A stretch of 64,000 nucleotides of DNA, from the NCBI GenBank assembly GCA_963788655.1, contig CAWBHS010000078.1, positions 64,001 to 128,000 of the forward strand, written 5' to 3'. Below, piece by piece: positions 28,836-40,900 of this stretch. The notes under the pieces were generated by a model. The model was not told the origin of the DNA. It ran no database searches and saw only the letters and a program-made list of their open reading frames with translations. Source of the DNA: an uncultured Verrucomicrobiae bacterium (lineage in GTDB: Bacteria > Verrucomicrobiota > Verrucomicrobiia > Limisphaerales > JAFGQR01). The translations under genes were made by a program, and so were the position numbers. Within the stretch, counting starts at the first letter, position 1, and every line of letters starts with the position of its first letter.

Positions 28836-31800
28836 TTACGGCTGATTGCGCAGCCGGTAATAGCCGGTGCCCGGGCCCGGCAGCGTAAGGTTCACCGGAC
28901 TGGCGTCGCCGCCGTCCACGTCGGTCCAGCCATCCGGGTTGGTAACGTCATCATTTTCTTGGAGCACATAACCCGCACCAACCCACGAGATGGTCACCTG
29001 ATCCGCCGAGCGCTCGATCGTCAACGAAGGCGGCGGATTCGTTGCCACCAGTAGATGACGCGTCATCAGCTCGTTGGCTTTGGCGGTAACCGCAGCTTCG
29101 TCTGGCAGATCGCTCAAGTCGTAAACGGCCAATTCATCAAGGCGCCCCTGGAAACCGTTTGCGTGGGCGGTGTTGGCGGCGCCGACGACCAGCAAGCTGC
29201 TGACCGTGATGCCCCGCGAAAAGGTGTCGCGGACATTGCCGGAAGCCACCCCATCCAACCAGCATTCCAGGCGATCCGCCACCCCGTTGATGCCATCGCC
29301 GTAAAACACCCACATCACATGGTGCCAGTTACTGTCGTTGAAGGTGGGACCCGCGTCGCTGCGACCCGCAGCCCCACCAAAGGTTTCCAATTGGTCCGGC
29401 TTGAAGTCATAAATAAACGCGGGCGAATTGTCGGGGGCGCCGCCGAAGTTTATCAGATAATTCTGGCGATCTCCGTCATCAGGCGTGTTCGGTCCCAGGG
29501 GCTGCATCCAGAATTCGACGGCCCAAGGGCCTTCCAGTTCGCCCTTGGAAGTCGAAAGCTCGGCAGCCTCGAAGAAATTGCCACCGTTGAAATTGGCCGC
29601 CAATCCCAGTTGGAGACCGCTGCCAATGACGCTGTGTTCCACGCGTCCGGCCCCATTCGGCACGAGCTCATTCTGAGCATTCACCGGAGGTGGCAGCGTA
29701 ATGGGTGCGAGTTGGAGCGCATTGCCATCGACCTCGTCGAAATTCCAATAAAGGACGGGAGAATCCGCCAACACCGTTTCGGCGTAACTTAGACCGCCAC
29801 TGGTCATGGCCGAATTTCGATGGCTGGCCACCATGGCGCTAACTTGCGTTTCGACTTCCTGCTCGGTGACCAGACCGGAGAGGTCATAAACGGCAAGTTC
29901 GTCGAGACGCCCTTCGAATCCGTTCGCCCCATCCGTTGTCGCGGCGCCGACCAGCAGGAGGCTGTTCACGGTAACGCCTGCCGAATAAGTGTCGCGAACA
30001 TTGCCGGAAACCACCCCGTCCAACCAGCATTCCAAGCGATTCGCCACCCCCACGGTACCATCACCGTAGAATACCCACATCACATGGTGCCAATTGCCGT
30101 CGTTGTAGGTCGGGCCCGCCATTGCTCCGACCGGCGGCACCGCCAAAGACTTCCAGTTCATCCGGTTTGAAGTCGTAAATGAACGCCGGCGTGTTGTTCG
30201 GCGAACCGCCAAAGTTGATCAGGTAATCCGCCCGATTATCGGTGTTCGGTCCCCTTCGCCTGCATCCAGAACTCGACCGCCCACGGCGCGCCCACCATGA
30301 CTCGGCCAGTGCGAAGGGCATTGGCTTGGTAAAAGTTGGCTCCGTTGAAGTCGGCCGCGTTGCCCAGTTTATCCAGGCCGCTGCCAATCGCGCTGTGACT
30401 CACCCGTCCGGCGCCAGCCATCGGAACCAAGTCGTTCTCCGAGGTTACTTGCGGCTGGCCCAGCGTAGCCTGTTGCACGGCGTTCCCGACATACTCATCA
30501 AAGGACCAGTACAGGAATGGATCATCGCGCAGCACTTCAAACGCATAACCAGTCTGGGCGGGCGGTTCGGCTGGTTCAGGGACGGTCAGGATCGCATCGT
30601 CGCTTTGCTGCACGGCCGCACCGGACGTCAAGCGGACGCTGTACGAACTGGTGCCGATGTCGGCAACCTGTAAGATGTGGGGTGGTGAAAGAGGGATCGG
30701 TGGCCCCGGCAATGGCCAGTCCATTCTTCAACCACTGGTAGTGCAGAGACTCCGGCGGCGCGTTCAAGACGTTGGCCACCACGCCGAACGAAGCCGTCGT
30801 ATGAATCTCCGCCGTGGTATCCGCCGGTTGTTGCGTAATCACAATCTCAATATTCCCGGGATCGCCAAAACCCGCAGCGTAATGCGTTGGTGCCATGTCC
30901 GAAACCTTGGCCAGCACGTCCGCTTCGGTGCCCAAACCGCTCAGATCGTAAACGGCCAATTCGTCCAGGCGGCCTTCGAAACCACCAGCACCGGTGTCCA
31001 GTGCGGCGCCAAACAGCAGGCTGTTGTTCAGGATGAGAGAACGGGAAAAGTTGTTTCGAACATCGGGCACTACCGCGCCATCGATATAGGCATCGACGCG
31101 GTCAGCCACGCCGTTGGTGCCATCCCCGTAATAGACCCAGAACACATGGTGCCATTGCGTGTCAGACACATGGGGCCCACTACCCGTCCGCCCAAAAACC
31201 TGGGCATACATTTCCAGTTCCTCCGGATTGTAATCATAAATGAAGGCGGTGGCGTTGCCGTCGAAGTTGGCGATGTAATCCTGGCGATCGCCTGCGCCGA
31301 GAGTATTGTCGCCCTGGACCTGCATCCAGAACTCCACCGCCCACGGCGGCCCCAGCGAAGAGCGGCCACTATCAAGTTTCATCGCCTGGAAGAAGTTGGT
31401 GCCGCTCAACTCAGCCGCACCTCCGAGTTCCAAACCGCTGCCAATCGCGCTGTGTTCCGACCCGCATCGCGTCAAACGTTGCCACCAAATCATTGTTCGC
31501 ATTGTCCGGCGGCGGAAGGACCACCGGTGCTAACTGGTGCGCGTTGCCATTCGCTTCATCGAAGTTCCAGTAAAGCATCGGTTCATCCAGGAGTACCACG
31601 TCCGAATAGGTGTTGCCGGTGTCAAAGCTACCTTCAAAATAATGATCGACTGCCATTTGTCCCGCCTTCGCCGCCACGGCGGTTTCATCGGCCAAGCCGC
31701 TGAGATCATAGACTGCCACTTCGTCCAAGCGACCTTCAAAGCCATTCGAACCATCCGGCTTGGCCGCCCCAATGCGGACCACGGTCGCGTTAAGCCGCTT

Positions 31801-32470
31801 GCCAAAGCCGTTGGAGATGTTGTCGCCCACTTGCGTTCCGTCCACATAGGCGTCCACACGCGCGGCAACGCCATCGACCCCGTTGCCGTAATAGACCAAT
31901 AGCACGTGGTGCCAGTCCGAATCGGTGATGGCCGGCCCGAGCGTTCCCGTGCGACCGCCGGTGCCCCCGAACAGTTCGAGCACGTCCGCATTGAAGTCGT
32001 AAATGACCGCCGGCGAGTTGTCGAGGTGTGCCGGCACGGAACCAAAATTGATCAGGTAATCCTGGCGATCGTCGCTGCCGATCGTATTCGGACCCTGCGC
32101 TTGCATCCAAAACTCAATCGCATACGCGCCCTCCAGGCTGGTTTTCGGCAACAGCAGACTGCCATTCTCAAAGGAGTTGGCGCCGTTCAAATCCGCGGCG
32201 TTACCGAGCTTGGGTAGGCCGCCGATGTCCGCTTGACTGACGCGGGTCGCGCCCCCGACCGGGACCAGGTCGTTTTCGGTGGTCACCGTCGGCGTGGTCA
32301 GGGGCATTTGTTGGACGGCATTGCCCGAAGCCTCGTCGAAGTTCCAATAGAGCATCGGGCTGTCGTTGCTGACGACGGTTGAGTAATACGTTTGCGCGGG
32401 GGCCACGCGGGGAAGGCTGAACGCCAGCAAGCCGGCGGCCGCCAGGAGGGAGTGTACTTTGGATTTTCAT
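28836..32470 (-). CDS. large secreted protein with four LamG/ConA-like repeats and an Ig-like domain; several frameshifts
   Basis: ORF pieces 31411..32430, 30576..31502, 30236..30724, 30061..30387 and 28836..30212 repeat LYWNFDE...(W/Y)A(V/I)EFWMQ...WHHV...GFEGRLDE(L/V)AVYDLS; Ig domain ITQQP...YQW. Confidence 0.8.
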
Positions 32471-32713
32471 GATTCGAACGGGTCTTTGGTTTTACATACG
32501 ACTGACTGACCGCTGCTGCCTCCTACCTTTGTCACCCACGCCGAGACGATGTAACGGCTCGAGACGGCGGGATGGCTCGGGCACGGAAGCACTCCGCCAG
32601 CGGAATTAGGCATAAACATTATCACCATTCAACCGCGCGGCGCTATGACGCATTCGCGTCATCTTGGCCGTGTCCATTCGGTAGCTGGAGCAGCGATGAC
32701 GCGATTCGGCACG

Positions 32714-32846
32714 GTAGGACAGGCGTCTCGCCTGTCTCGAATCGCCAAGTGCATCCTCACCTTTTGAGGACTTGGAGCGACTTCCCACGCCGCGGTGCAA
32801 ATCGATCGTTGGTAGTCGTTCGAGACAGGCGGGACGCCTGTCCTAC
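32714..32846. repeat. REPIN-like inverted pair (GTAG-type, family D)
   Basis: gtaggacaggcgtctcgcctgtctcga / tcgagacaggcgggacgcctgtcctac. Confidence 0.85.
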
Positions 32847-32860
32847 TGAATTGTCACGGA

Positions 32861-34941
32861 TTAGGGAGCCGTTGATTTGGTTTCGGGATTCACCATGATT
32901 TCATCGATGAATAGCCATGCTTTCGCGCCGGCGGCTCGGTGCCAGTCAGGAATGGTGCCGACGTTCGTGGCGCGAATTTGCACGAACCGGGCGCGAAGAT
33001 TCAGATTCGTCGCGGTCAGTGCGCGGACCAATGGCCCTTCTTTGCGCAATGGCACGTCGCTATCGACCTTCTGAACTACCCGCATGGAATCGAGATGGTC
33101 TCCCACTGCAAACTCGACGCGGGTCGGCAGGAAAATACCGGCGGGCACGAATTGTAAAAAGCGCGCTTGTAACTCGGTGATCCGGATCGGGTGTCCGAAG
33201 TCTAGCGTCGCCGTCATATCCTGGCCTTCGAAACCAAGCCAAGCCGGCGAACGATAGTCGTCACCGCCCGTTGCGCCGTCCGTCAAACTGGCTGGGCCGT
33301 GCCGGCCAGGGTAGCGGGGCGAAGGCGGTTGCGCCAAGGTCACGGACGCTCCCCGGCCGGCGTGATGCGCTTTCAACGCTGCTTCACCTCCTGCCAGGAA
33401 CCGTCGGTAATCCTCATACAGTTTGACCGACGGCGCGTCGCCCGGCTGGCGCGACATCTCGGGAGCGCTCATTAGACCGGGAAACTCGTAGTGCAGGATT
33501 TTCTCGAAATTTGAAAACCGCGTGAAATCACTGACCAATCCCGCGATAGGACGCGGGTGCAATTCGACGCCGTTGCGAAACACAAAGCTCTCCAAGTCCA
33601 TCCACAGATGACACCCCGCCTGGTCGCACCACGACTGCATCCGCGAGGCCGCCTCTTCCCCGGTCAGATCGCCGGCGGGCATGCGATGGAAACCGAATGG
33701 ACAGATAATGTCCAAGTTCGGCAACAGCTCGCGATACGCTGCTTCCGCACCGCGCAAATGAAAACAATTCGGCGCCAGCATGACTGGTTTATCTGGAGCC
33801 AATCGATGCACGTGCGCCGTGAATTGCCGAAAGAATTCGACGATCTCCCGCCGTTCCTCGGCACTGCCCAAGCTCCCGTCTTTCTCCTCGCTGACATACC
33901 AGCCATAAAACGAGGGATGATGTCCGTAACGTTCCCAGAGTTCGTCGGCCACCTGCTGGTGCCAGCGGAGCGAACCTGGGCCGTAGTCAAAAAACGCATA
34001 CATGCCCACGCCGGGCAGCACATGCATTCCCCATCGGTCGGCTTCGGAGAGAATCGCCTCCAACGGGTCCGCCGAAGCAATGGGCATGCGGCCGGGGAAG
34101 AGTTTGAAGGGTAATAAGCCCGGCCGTGATAACCCCGCGTTTCGATTTGGTGCCGACCGCGATGGGTGAAGTTTTGAAACATCATCGTGATCACCAGGAT
34201 GTCCTGGTCCACCGCATGCATGGCCCGCACCAATTCGGGCCATTGCTGATCGGTCATTCGCGCCAACTCCGCATTGAAGGGCTTTCCTTCCGCTTCATCA
34301 TGATGATAAAGGTCCACCCAGGCGCCGCCCAAACGGCGAGGGGACCGAATGGTCGAAGGCAGAATTTTCACCAGTCGTTCGGTGCGCAGTGTCTGCTCGT
34401 CAGCTTTCGCAACCATGATCAAGCGGTGTTGCCCACCCTTGCCCTTGGTTGGCCAACGGAACTTCTTCCCGCTGACACTTTGGGGTGAAACTTCGATGTC
34501 TTCACGATGCAAGGCTGCCTCAGGCTTCTCCTCGTCGAGATAGACGGTCACGGCAAATGTTTTCACTGAATTGCCGTCATTCCGCACTGCGGTCCGGACA
34601 TCGAGCACGATTTGCTCGGTCACCGGCGAAGGTGGAATCAACGTCAAGGAGACTCGGGGTGGCTCAGCCGCGCCAGCATCGGCTAAGCCGTGTTCATGCA
34701 ATTTTGTTTGGGGAGCGCGTCCGCCTCGGGCGCTACCAACCGGCGCCCTCGCCGGTTGGCCTCGCGCCTGTGCAGTCACTGAATAGTAAGTCACTTGGGA
34801 TGATCGAAAGTGGTTGGCGAGGCGCCAACCACGGCGCCCGGGGCGAGCGCGCTCCCCCTTTGACTGAATTGATACGGCTAAGGCAATAATGGACAACACT
34901 GCCCCCAGAAGAGCAGCACGGGGGAGACGAGTAACGTTCAT
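32861..34941 (-). CDS. secreted DUF4434-like TIM-barrel (putative glycoside hydrolase) + discoidin domain; frameshift near 34115
   Basis: ORFs 33664..34941 and 32861..34243 join: AYYPS, DPLEAILSEADRWGMHV, HHPSFYGWY; C-terminal WLGF...WLFIDEIMV. Confidence 0.75.
34710..34857. repeat. REPIN-like palindromic element inside a coding region (family B, copy 2)
   Basis: Arms near-identical to 10567-10716; different spacer. Confidence 0.85.
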
Positions 34942-37649
34942 TTTCGCTCGGGATTCACCAGGATTTCGTCCGCAAAAAGCCAGGCTCTTCGGCCGGCAGA
35001 CGAATGCCAGGCAGGTATCTTGTTCATGTTGGCGGCGCGGACCTGCACGTAGCGGGCGCGCACGTTGAGATTCTTGGCGACCAACAACTCACGAAATGGG
35101 CCTGGCTGCTTTTCGTCTGCCGATGGGTTGATGGTTTGAAGAAGTGTCAAGGACTTGGAATTGTCGCCGGCCAGGAATTCCACTTTGCGCGGCAGGAAGA
35201 TTCCCAGGCGAACATTTTGCAGGAAGCTGGCGCGCAATTCCTTTACCTCGATCGGCGCCCCGAGATCAATGGTAGCCAACAGGTCGTCCGCATGAAAACC
35301 GAGCCAGGCCGGATCCTGGTGGTCCATTTGTCCGAGGATGCCGTCCGTCAGCGTGGCCGGGCCTTCGCCGGGATACATTTCCGAAGGATCGTGGGCCAGC
35401 GTGACGGGTTTGCCAACCGCCGCGTGCTTAACCTGCTGCTCGACTTGCGCTGCCAGAACGGAATCAGGAATCATCTCCGGCCGCAAGCGCGCCAGGTGGC
35501 GGCCAATCCGGCTGCCGGCGGTCAGTTCCCAAAACGACGTTTTCATTTGGCGTAGCGCGAGCACGGATGCGATCCAACCCTGCGTCCAACCGCTTTCGAT
35601 GGACCACGCGCCCCAGCCCGCATCGGAGTTGCTCGCCCAATAGTCCCACAACCGAAAGTCGAAGGCGCGGAACCATCCCCCGTCCAGTTCCGGGTGACGT
35701 TCAGAGCGGACTTGGATGCGACAGAGAAAATGCGCGAGGCGCTCTTCGGCTTTCGCGTAGAACGGATCACCCGTGGCGGCTGCGGCTTCGTGCAAGCCGA
35801 GGAAGGCGAAATTGGAGGTGTAAAGCAGATCGCAAACGGGATCGCCGTTCTCCTGCAAAAGCGGCGCTTCCCCACTGCCGTACGCAGCGTTCGAAGCGGG
35901 CGGGCGGCATTGCCCATGCCCCAATTCGCCGATTTCTTCGCGGATGGCGCCGCTGGCATCCTGCAAAGCCAACAGGTCTTCGGCCACGCGCCGCAGCCAA
36001 CTGCGGTGCTCGGCCGTATCTTCCAGTCGGATGAGCCACGACAAACAAAGCAACATGCGCGCGCGTTCCTGCTGCAGTCCGTTGGTCCAGCGCCAGCGGT
36101 TCGGGTAGGCGGTCATGGTCAGGCGAATAGCCGACTTGGCGCGTTGGAGGAACAAGTCGAAACCGGTCTTCTGATACGCCCAGAGGTAGCACGCCCAGAG
36201 GTAACTTTCGTAATGCGGGGCGTAGTTCGTAATGCGCCGGTGAAAGTAGTATTCCCAACCATTCTGCGTGAGTTGGGGAACGTCGATGCGGTCGCCGCGA
36301 AAACCGAGCGGACCCGTGGTGCGCAAGTTGGCCAGCAGACAACGCAACATTGCTTCGTCCCAACGATCTTCGCCGAGCAGAGCGGAGGCGGCCATGGTGC
36401 CGAGCAGCAAGCGGGCGTTGTCATCGCCGTAATTGGCCACCAGCCAGGACGGCGTGCCGACGCCCCAGGCGATCAATCCGTAGGCGCCGTTCTTCGGATC
36501 GCCGCGTTCGCCTTTGCGCGCCGGGGAGGTGAAATAGTAGAAGTCGAGCAGGTTGTGAGCGATGTCCGAGTATTGACGATTGTCCAGCACGTTGCCGCCG
36601 AACGCGAAAGCCATCGCGGACTCGGCGTTGCAGTCTCCGCGGATCGAGACGCTTTGTTGTTGGCTCCCATCAGGCTGGATGCGCGAGAAGAAGCCTTCCA
36701 GGAGGCCCAGCGAACCATCGCCAATTGGCGCCTCGGGAGGCGGCACCGGCGCCGTTCCCGCCGAAGCGCGACGCGCAATTTCATTGGTCCGCCAGGGGGC
36801 GAGCAATAGACGGGATTTCACAAACCAGGCGACGCCACGCCGCAAAGCACTTGCTTCGGTGTTGCTGGGTTGCAATTCGTTTTGAGCCATTGCCGGTCCG
36901 ACGGTCGGCTTCCAATGCAGGTCAACTTGGCTTTGCGGCGCCAGCCATTTGAAGATAGAGAGCCAAACGGTTTGCCACGGAGCCACCGGTTCGAAACGGG
37001 CGGTGACGGCTTGACTGAGTTTGGTGGAGGCAACCAGCACCGCACCATGGCCGTCACCCGGTGGCAATTCGAACAGCAGCGGGAACACCTGTTTGGGTAA
37101 CCCATAAGGCGCGTGGTCATAGCCGGCCACACGAGCCAGAACCAGATGCGACGAGGACGTGGTCACCGGCAGAAAGGTGCAATTTTGCGGAGACAGGATG
37201 CGCATTGGGGGCAACGCCGCCCCAAACAGGTCCGAGGTGACAACCCCGCGCTCCAGACCCGCCACTCGCGGCTTGCCCACCGAGATGCCCGGCAGGAATG
37301 CGGGAAACTCAACGTAAAGACGGAGCTTTTTCTTCGCCGCCTGGGTTAAAAGATCGGCGTTGAGTGGTGTGGTTTGGTTCGGATAACCATCGGCCAGCAG
37401 CAGCAGTCCTGAACCTTCAGTTGCCGCAGCCACGACGGCATCGCTGGTGTCGTAACGCGGCGGCGCCTGGCCAATTTCGGCGCTCACCGCGCGATAGATG
37501 TCGTTGTCCGCACGACAGGCGAAATATAGGTCAGGTGAATTGGCGGCCTGGAGGGAGGTGTTGTAAAACAGAGGATGGCGATAGTGATCAACCGAAGAAG
37601 GATCGAGCGGACATTCGGACAAATTGACGAGAAGGTGAATCGGATTCAT
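34938..37649 (-). CDS. uncharacterised (alpha/alpha)-barrel glycoside-hydrolase-like protein + discoidin domain
   Basis: Long intact ORF with Trp/Tyr-rich helical core (YGDDNAR, WTNGLQQERAR, DLLYT, IESGWT); C-terminal discoidin like that of the neighbouring gene. Confidence 0.65.
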   Translation of the reverse strand: MNPIHLLVNLSECPLDPSSVDHYRHPLFYNTSLQAANSPDLYFACRADNDIYRAVSAEIGQAPPRYDTSDAVVAAATEGSGLLLLADGYPNQTTPLNADLLTQAAKKKLRLYVEFPAFLPGISVGKPRVAGLERGVVTSDLFGAALPPMRILSPQNCTFLPVTTSSSHLVLARVAGYDHAPYGLPKQVFPLLFELPPGDGHGAVLVASTKLSQAVTARFEPVAPWQTVWLSIFKWLAPQSQVDLHWKPTVGPAMAQNELQPSNTEASALRRGVAWFVKSRLLLAPWRTNEIARRASAGTAPVPPPEAPIGDGSLGLLEGFFSRIQPDGSQQQSVSIRGDCNAESAMAFAFGGNVLDNRQYSDIAHNLLDFYYFTSPARKGERGDPKNGAYGLIAWGVGTPSWLVANYGDDNARLLLGTMAASALLGEDRWDEAMLRCLLANLRTTGPLGFRGDRIDVPQLTQNGWEYYFHRRITNYAPHYESYLWACYLWAYQKTGFDLFLQRAKSAIRLTMTAYPNRWRWTNGLQQERARMLLCLSWLIRLEDTAEHRSWLRRVAEDLLALQDASGAIREEIGELGHGQCRPPASNAAYGSGEAPLLQENGDPVCDLLYTSNFAFLGLHEAAAATGDPFYAKAEERLAHFLCRIQVRSERHPELDGGWFRAFDFRLWDYWASNSDAGWGAWSIESGWTQGWIASVLALRQMKTSFWELTAGSRIGRHLARLRPEMIPDSVLAAQVEQQVKHAAVGKPVTLAHDPSEMYPGEGPATLTDGILGQMDHQDPAWLGFHADDLLATIDLGAPIEVKELRASFLQNVRLGIFLPRKVEFLAGDNSKSLTLLQTINPSADEKQPGPFRELLVAKNLNVRARYVQVRAANMNKIPAWHSSAGRRAWLFADEILVNPERK

Positions 37650-37732
37650 AGGAATAAGGGCTTTAAGCAATTGATTAATTGGAAAAAAGTTAGTCACTTG
37701 GCAATGCGTTAAATGAAGAGATCATTGGTACA

Positions 37733-37877
37733 TCGCGAAGCGTTTGGAGTGCGCGGAGCTTGCTCCCGCTTTCGTTTGACACAGGACGTCCCCTGACCAA
37801 CACGCCGTCGGTAGCTTTCGACCGCCTCTCCATTCGAAAGCGCCGGCAAGCCGGACGCACTCCAAACGCTGGCGCGA
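37733..37877. repeat. REPIN-like palindrome (family C, copy 3)
   Basis: tcgcgaagcgtttggagtgcg...cgcactccaaacgctggcgcga. Confidence 0.85.
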
Positions 37878-37929
37878 ACTCGCAATGGCGCCGAACCTCA
37901 TCAAGCGTCCTTCGTCATTGCGGGGCAAT

Positions 37930-40900
37930 TCATTGCGGAGCAGGAATGACCAGACGATAAAAGCGGTTGGTGTTTCCAAATTCGTCGGTGGCCTCGAAGA
38001 CGCGATTGGTTGTCTGCGCGGGAACATTGGTGAGCGATTGCCAGGTGCCGTCCAATGAATTCGCCGCCTCCACAACATAGTTCCGGTTCGAGACAGCAAT
38101 GAAGGTGAGCACCGCGCTCCCACCCACGGTCAGCGTGTCAATTTCGAGGTAGCTCAAGGCGTTGGTCGGATTCGTGCCCGCGATGTATTCCGCGCGGTTG
38201 TTCATGCCGTCCCCGTCCGTGTCGTTGCTGGCATCATTGACGGTGTTGGTGTTGAAGCCGTATTGCGCTTCCCAGACATCCGGCAAATGGTCGCCGTCGA
38301 AATCCGCGAGCACAGTGAGGCTGAACAGCGGGACAAACGTCAGACCCGCGGGATTGGTGATGAAGACGGTAAAGCTGCCGGCGTCGGTTGGCTGCACATT
38401 CGTCAGAGTCAGAACGCATTCGTTGCTTTCCACGTTGATGGTTGCCACGGTCGTCGTTCCGCGCCGCCAGCGATACTCGATTGGCACGGAAGCGTCGGAG
38501 TTCAATACCACTCGCAAGCGGACGTCGTCTCCCTGGAGCACAGTCTGACTTTGCGGGTGTTCCAGAACAACCGGCTTGATCAAAACCGTCAAGCGGGCCG
38601 CCTGACTGATGACGGTGCCGTTGTCGTCGCTCACTTGCACGCTATACCAACCGCTGTCACTGGACCCCAGGCTGTCCACAGTAAGATCACTGCCAGTGGC
38701 GCCGGGGATATCCACTCCATTGAACCGCCACTGATAGGTCAGCGGCCCGGTGCCCAACGCGAAAACGGAGAACGTAACGCTGCCGCCAGGATTGGCGGAT
38801 TGGTCGGCAGGTTGCGTGTAGATGACCGGCCCGCGAGTTACTTCAAGCGTTGCCGACACGCTCAGCACTGCACCAGCACCATTGAAAACGAGGACCGCGT
38901 AATTGCCAGCCTGATTCGGTTTGACTTGCGGCAACGTAAGTGTGGCATTGGTTTCCCTCAACAAGGGCAGGCTGTTGAGTTGCCATTGGTATTGCAAAGG
39001 AGGCGCACCGGTCGCTTCCACGGTGAGGGTTGCAGTGCCGTAAGCGGCTACACTTTGGTTGCTTGGATTCGTCACAATCGCCGGTGCGTTCCCGGCGGGT
39101 ATTGCCATGCCGGGTGTCGGCGCCGCTGCCACCCAGTTGGTGGGGTCGCTGCCAAAGGACGTGAGCGAGCGACGGTGCAAGGAAAGTCCGTTACCATCCG
39201 TGGTAGTCGGCCAGGGAGCGGTATCTTGATAGGAAACCGCTTCGACGAGGACAAAAGGAACATTGGTGCCGAGGGAGGATTGAGGCTTCTCCAATTCAAT
39301 GGTTTCCCCGGCGTTGTCGAGCCGTCCCTTCCACGGGCCGAGGATCAACGTGTTGGTATCCAAACCGTAGGCGGCGCGAAACAATTCGAGTGCCTGCGTA
39401 TCCACCGCCGGGTCGAAACCGACGACGAGCAGGGAGTTGCTGGGAGCGAGGATCATATTCGGTGGGAAATCAAAATCCACTGCCTGGTTCAAACGCCAGG
39501 TGTTGGGCGGTGCCGCGGGATCAAACAACGGCACATTGGTGGAAGTGATGTTGTGAACTTCAACATATTCGAATTGATCCTCTGACAACTCGGTGGCGAC
39601 CAGGTAATCCAAGGTCTGGCCAATCGGGGAATGCAGTTTCAATTGTTCCGCTGCCACCGGATGATACATGATCTCCGAAATGACTACCGGTCCGACGCGG
39701 GGCGGGGCATTGCTGCCGGGCAGGGTGGGAACGCTTTGGGCCACGAAAAACTCGTCACTCTGGCTGTTGAGGTAGTGGCCAAAGGAAACATCCCGATCCG
39801 CCGCCCCGAAGCGGTATCCCTGCACATAACCGGTGAGATTGGACGCACCCGCGCCGGAAAAGAGCCAGACTTCATCGCCATCCGATCCCAACGCGAAGCC
39901 AGTGCCGCCAGGATTGAAATCCATTTCGGTGAACAACTGGTAACCGCCGGGATCGATCACTGTCGAATCAGGAATGCGAAACTTCCGTGGCGTGTTAAGG
40001 TCGTCGCTGAGAAACCAACCGCCGACGTCCACGCTCTCCGAAGTGGGATTGAATAACTCGACGGCGTCAAGATTCGGAGGTGTCGAAGCGGTCATGACTT
40101 CGTTGATCAAAATGGGCGGGATGCCGGGCGAGGCGGACTCAGCCGTTCCCGGCGAACCGTCCGGGCTGCCGCTGGGGCGCCAATTCGTTCGGTTATTCCA
40201 GGCGTCCGGCTCGGCCTGCTCATTCACGACGACCAGGGAAAAGCCTTCGCCGTCGGTCGCGGGATACCAATTGTCATTGTAGCTGAAGTCGAGAATTTCC
40301 TCTCCGCTGCCATCAAGCAGTTGCAGCCGTTCGCCATTGTTGTCCAAGGTTCCGGTGTATTGGCCGGCGACCGGCAATCCCGCGCCATAACGCTCATTGA
40401 AGGCGTCCGGATTCTTCACCACGAGCACCCGGGCCCCCGGCGCAAGACTGGTTACGGCACTGCCGGTGAAATCAAACTCAAGGCCGTCGGCGAGCCGCAA
40501 GCCGCTGAGGTCAAGAGTGGTGTCGGTCGAGATGTTGCGCAGTTCGAGGTATTCAAATTCCTCCGCGCTGTTGGTGTTCCCCACGAGCGGTGAGGGATGG
40601 TACATAATTTCAGTGACGCGCAAGAACTGCTGGGCCGGACTCGGGTCGGCCGGGTAATTCGTCGTGGTCAGCAAGCGCCCCAATCCGTCGTACAATTCCA
40701 GCGTCTCACCGCGCGCGGAAAGCTGGCCCTGGAAGTTGCCTTGCACAAAGAGGCCTTCGTCTCCTTTCGGACTGACGGCGCGATTGCGAAAGGCGCGCAC
40801 GTTTCTCGCCACGTATAAACTTCCGCCCGCCGGAATCACGGTGCCGGGCTTAAACGTGAAATCCACGCCCCCCTTCACTGTCCAGCCGGAAATGTCCACA

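Noticed and set aside
28836..32470. Diversity-generating retroelement template/variable repeats among the LamG repeats
   Set aside because: Differences between repeats are not visibly adenine-specific, and there is no reverse transcriptase in the window.
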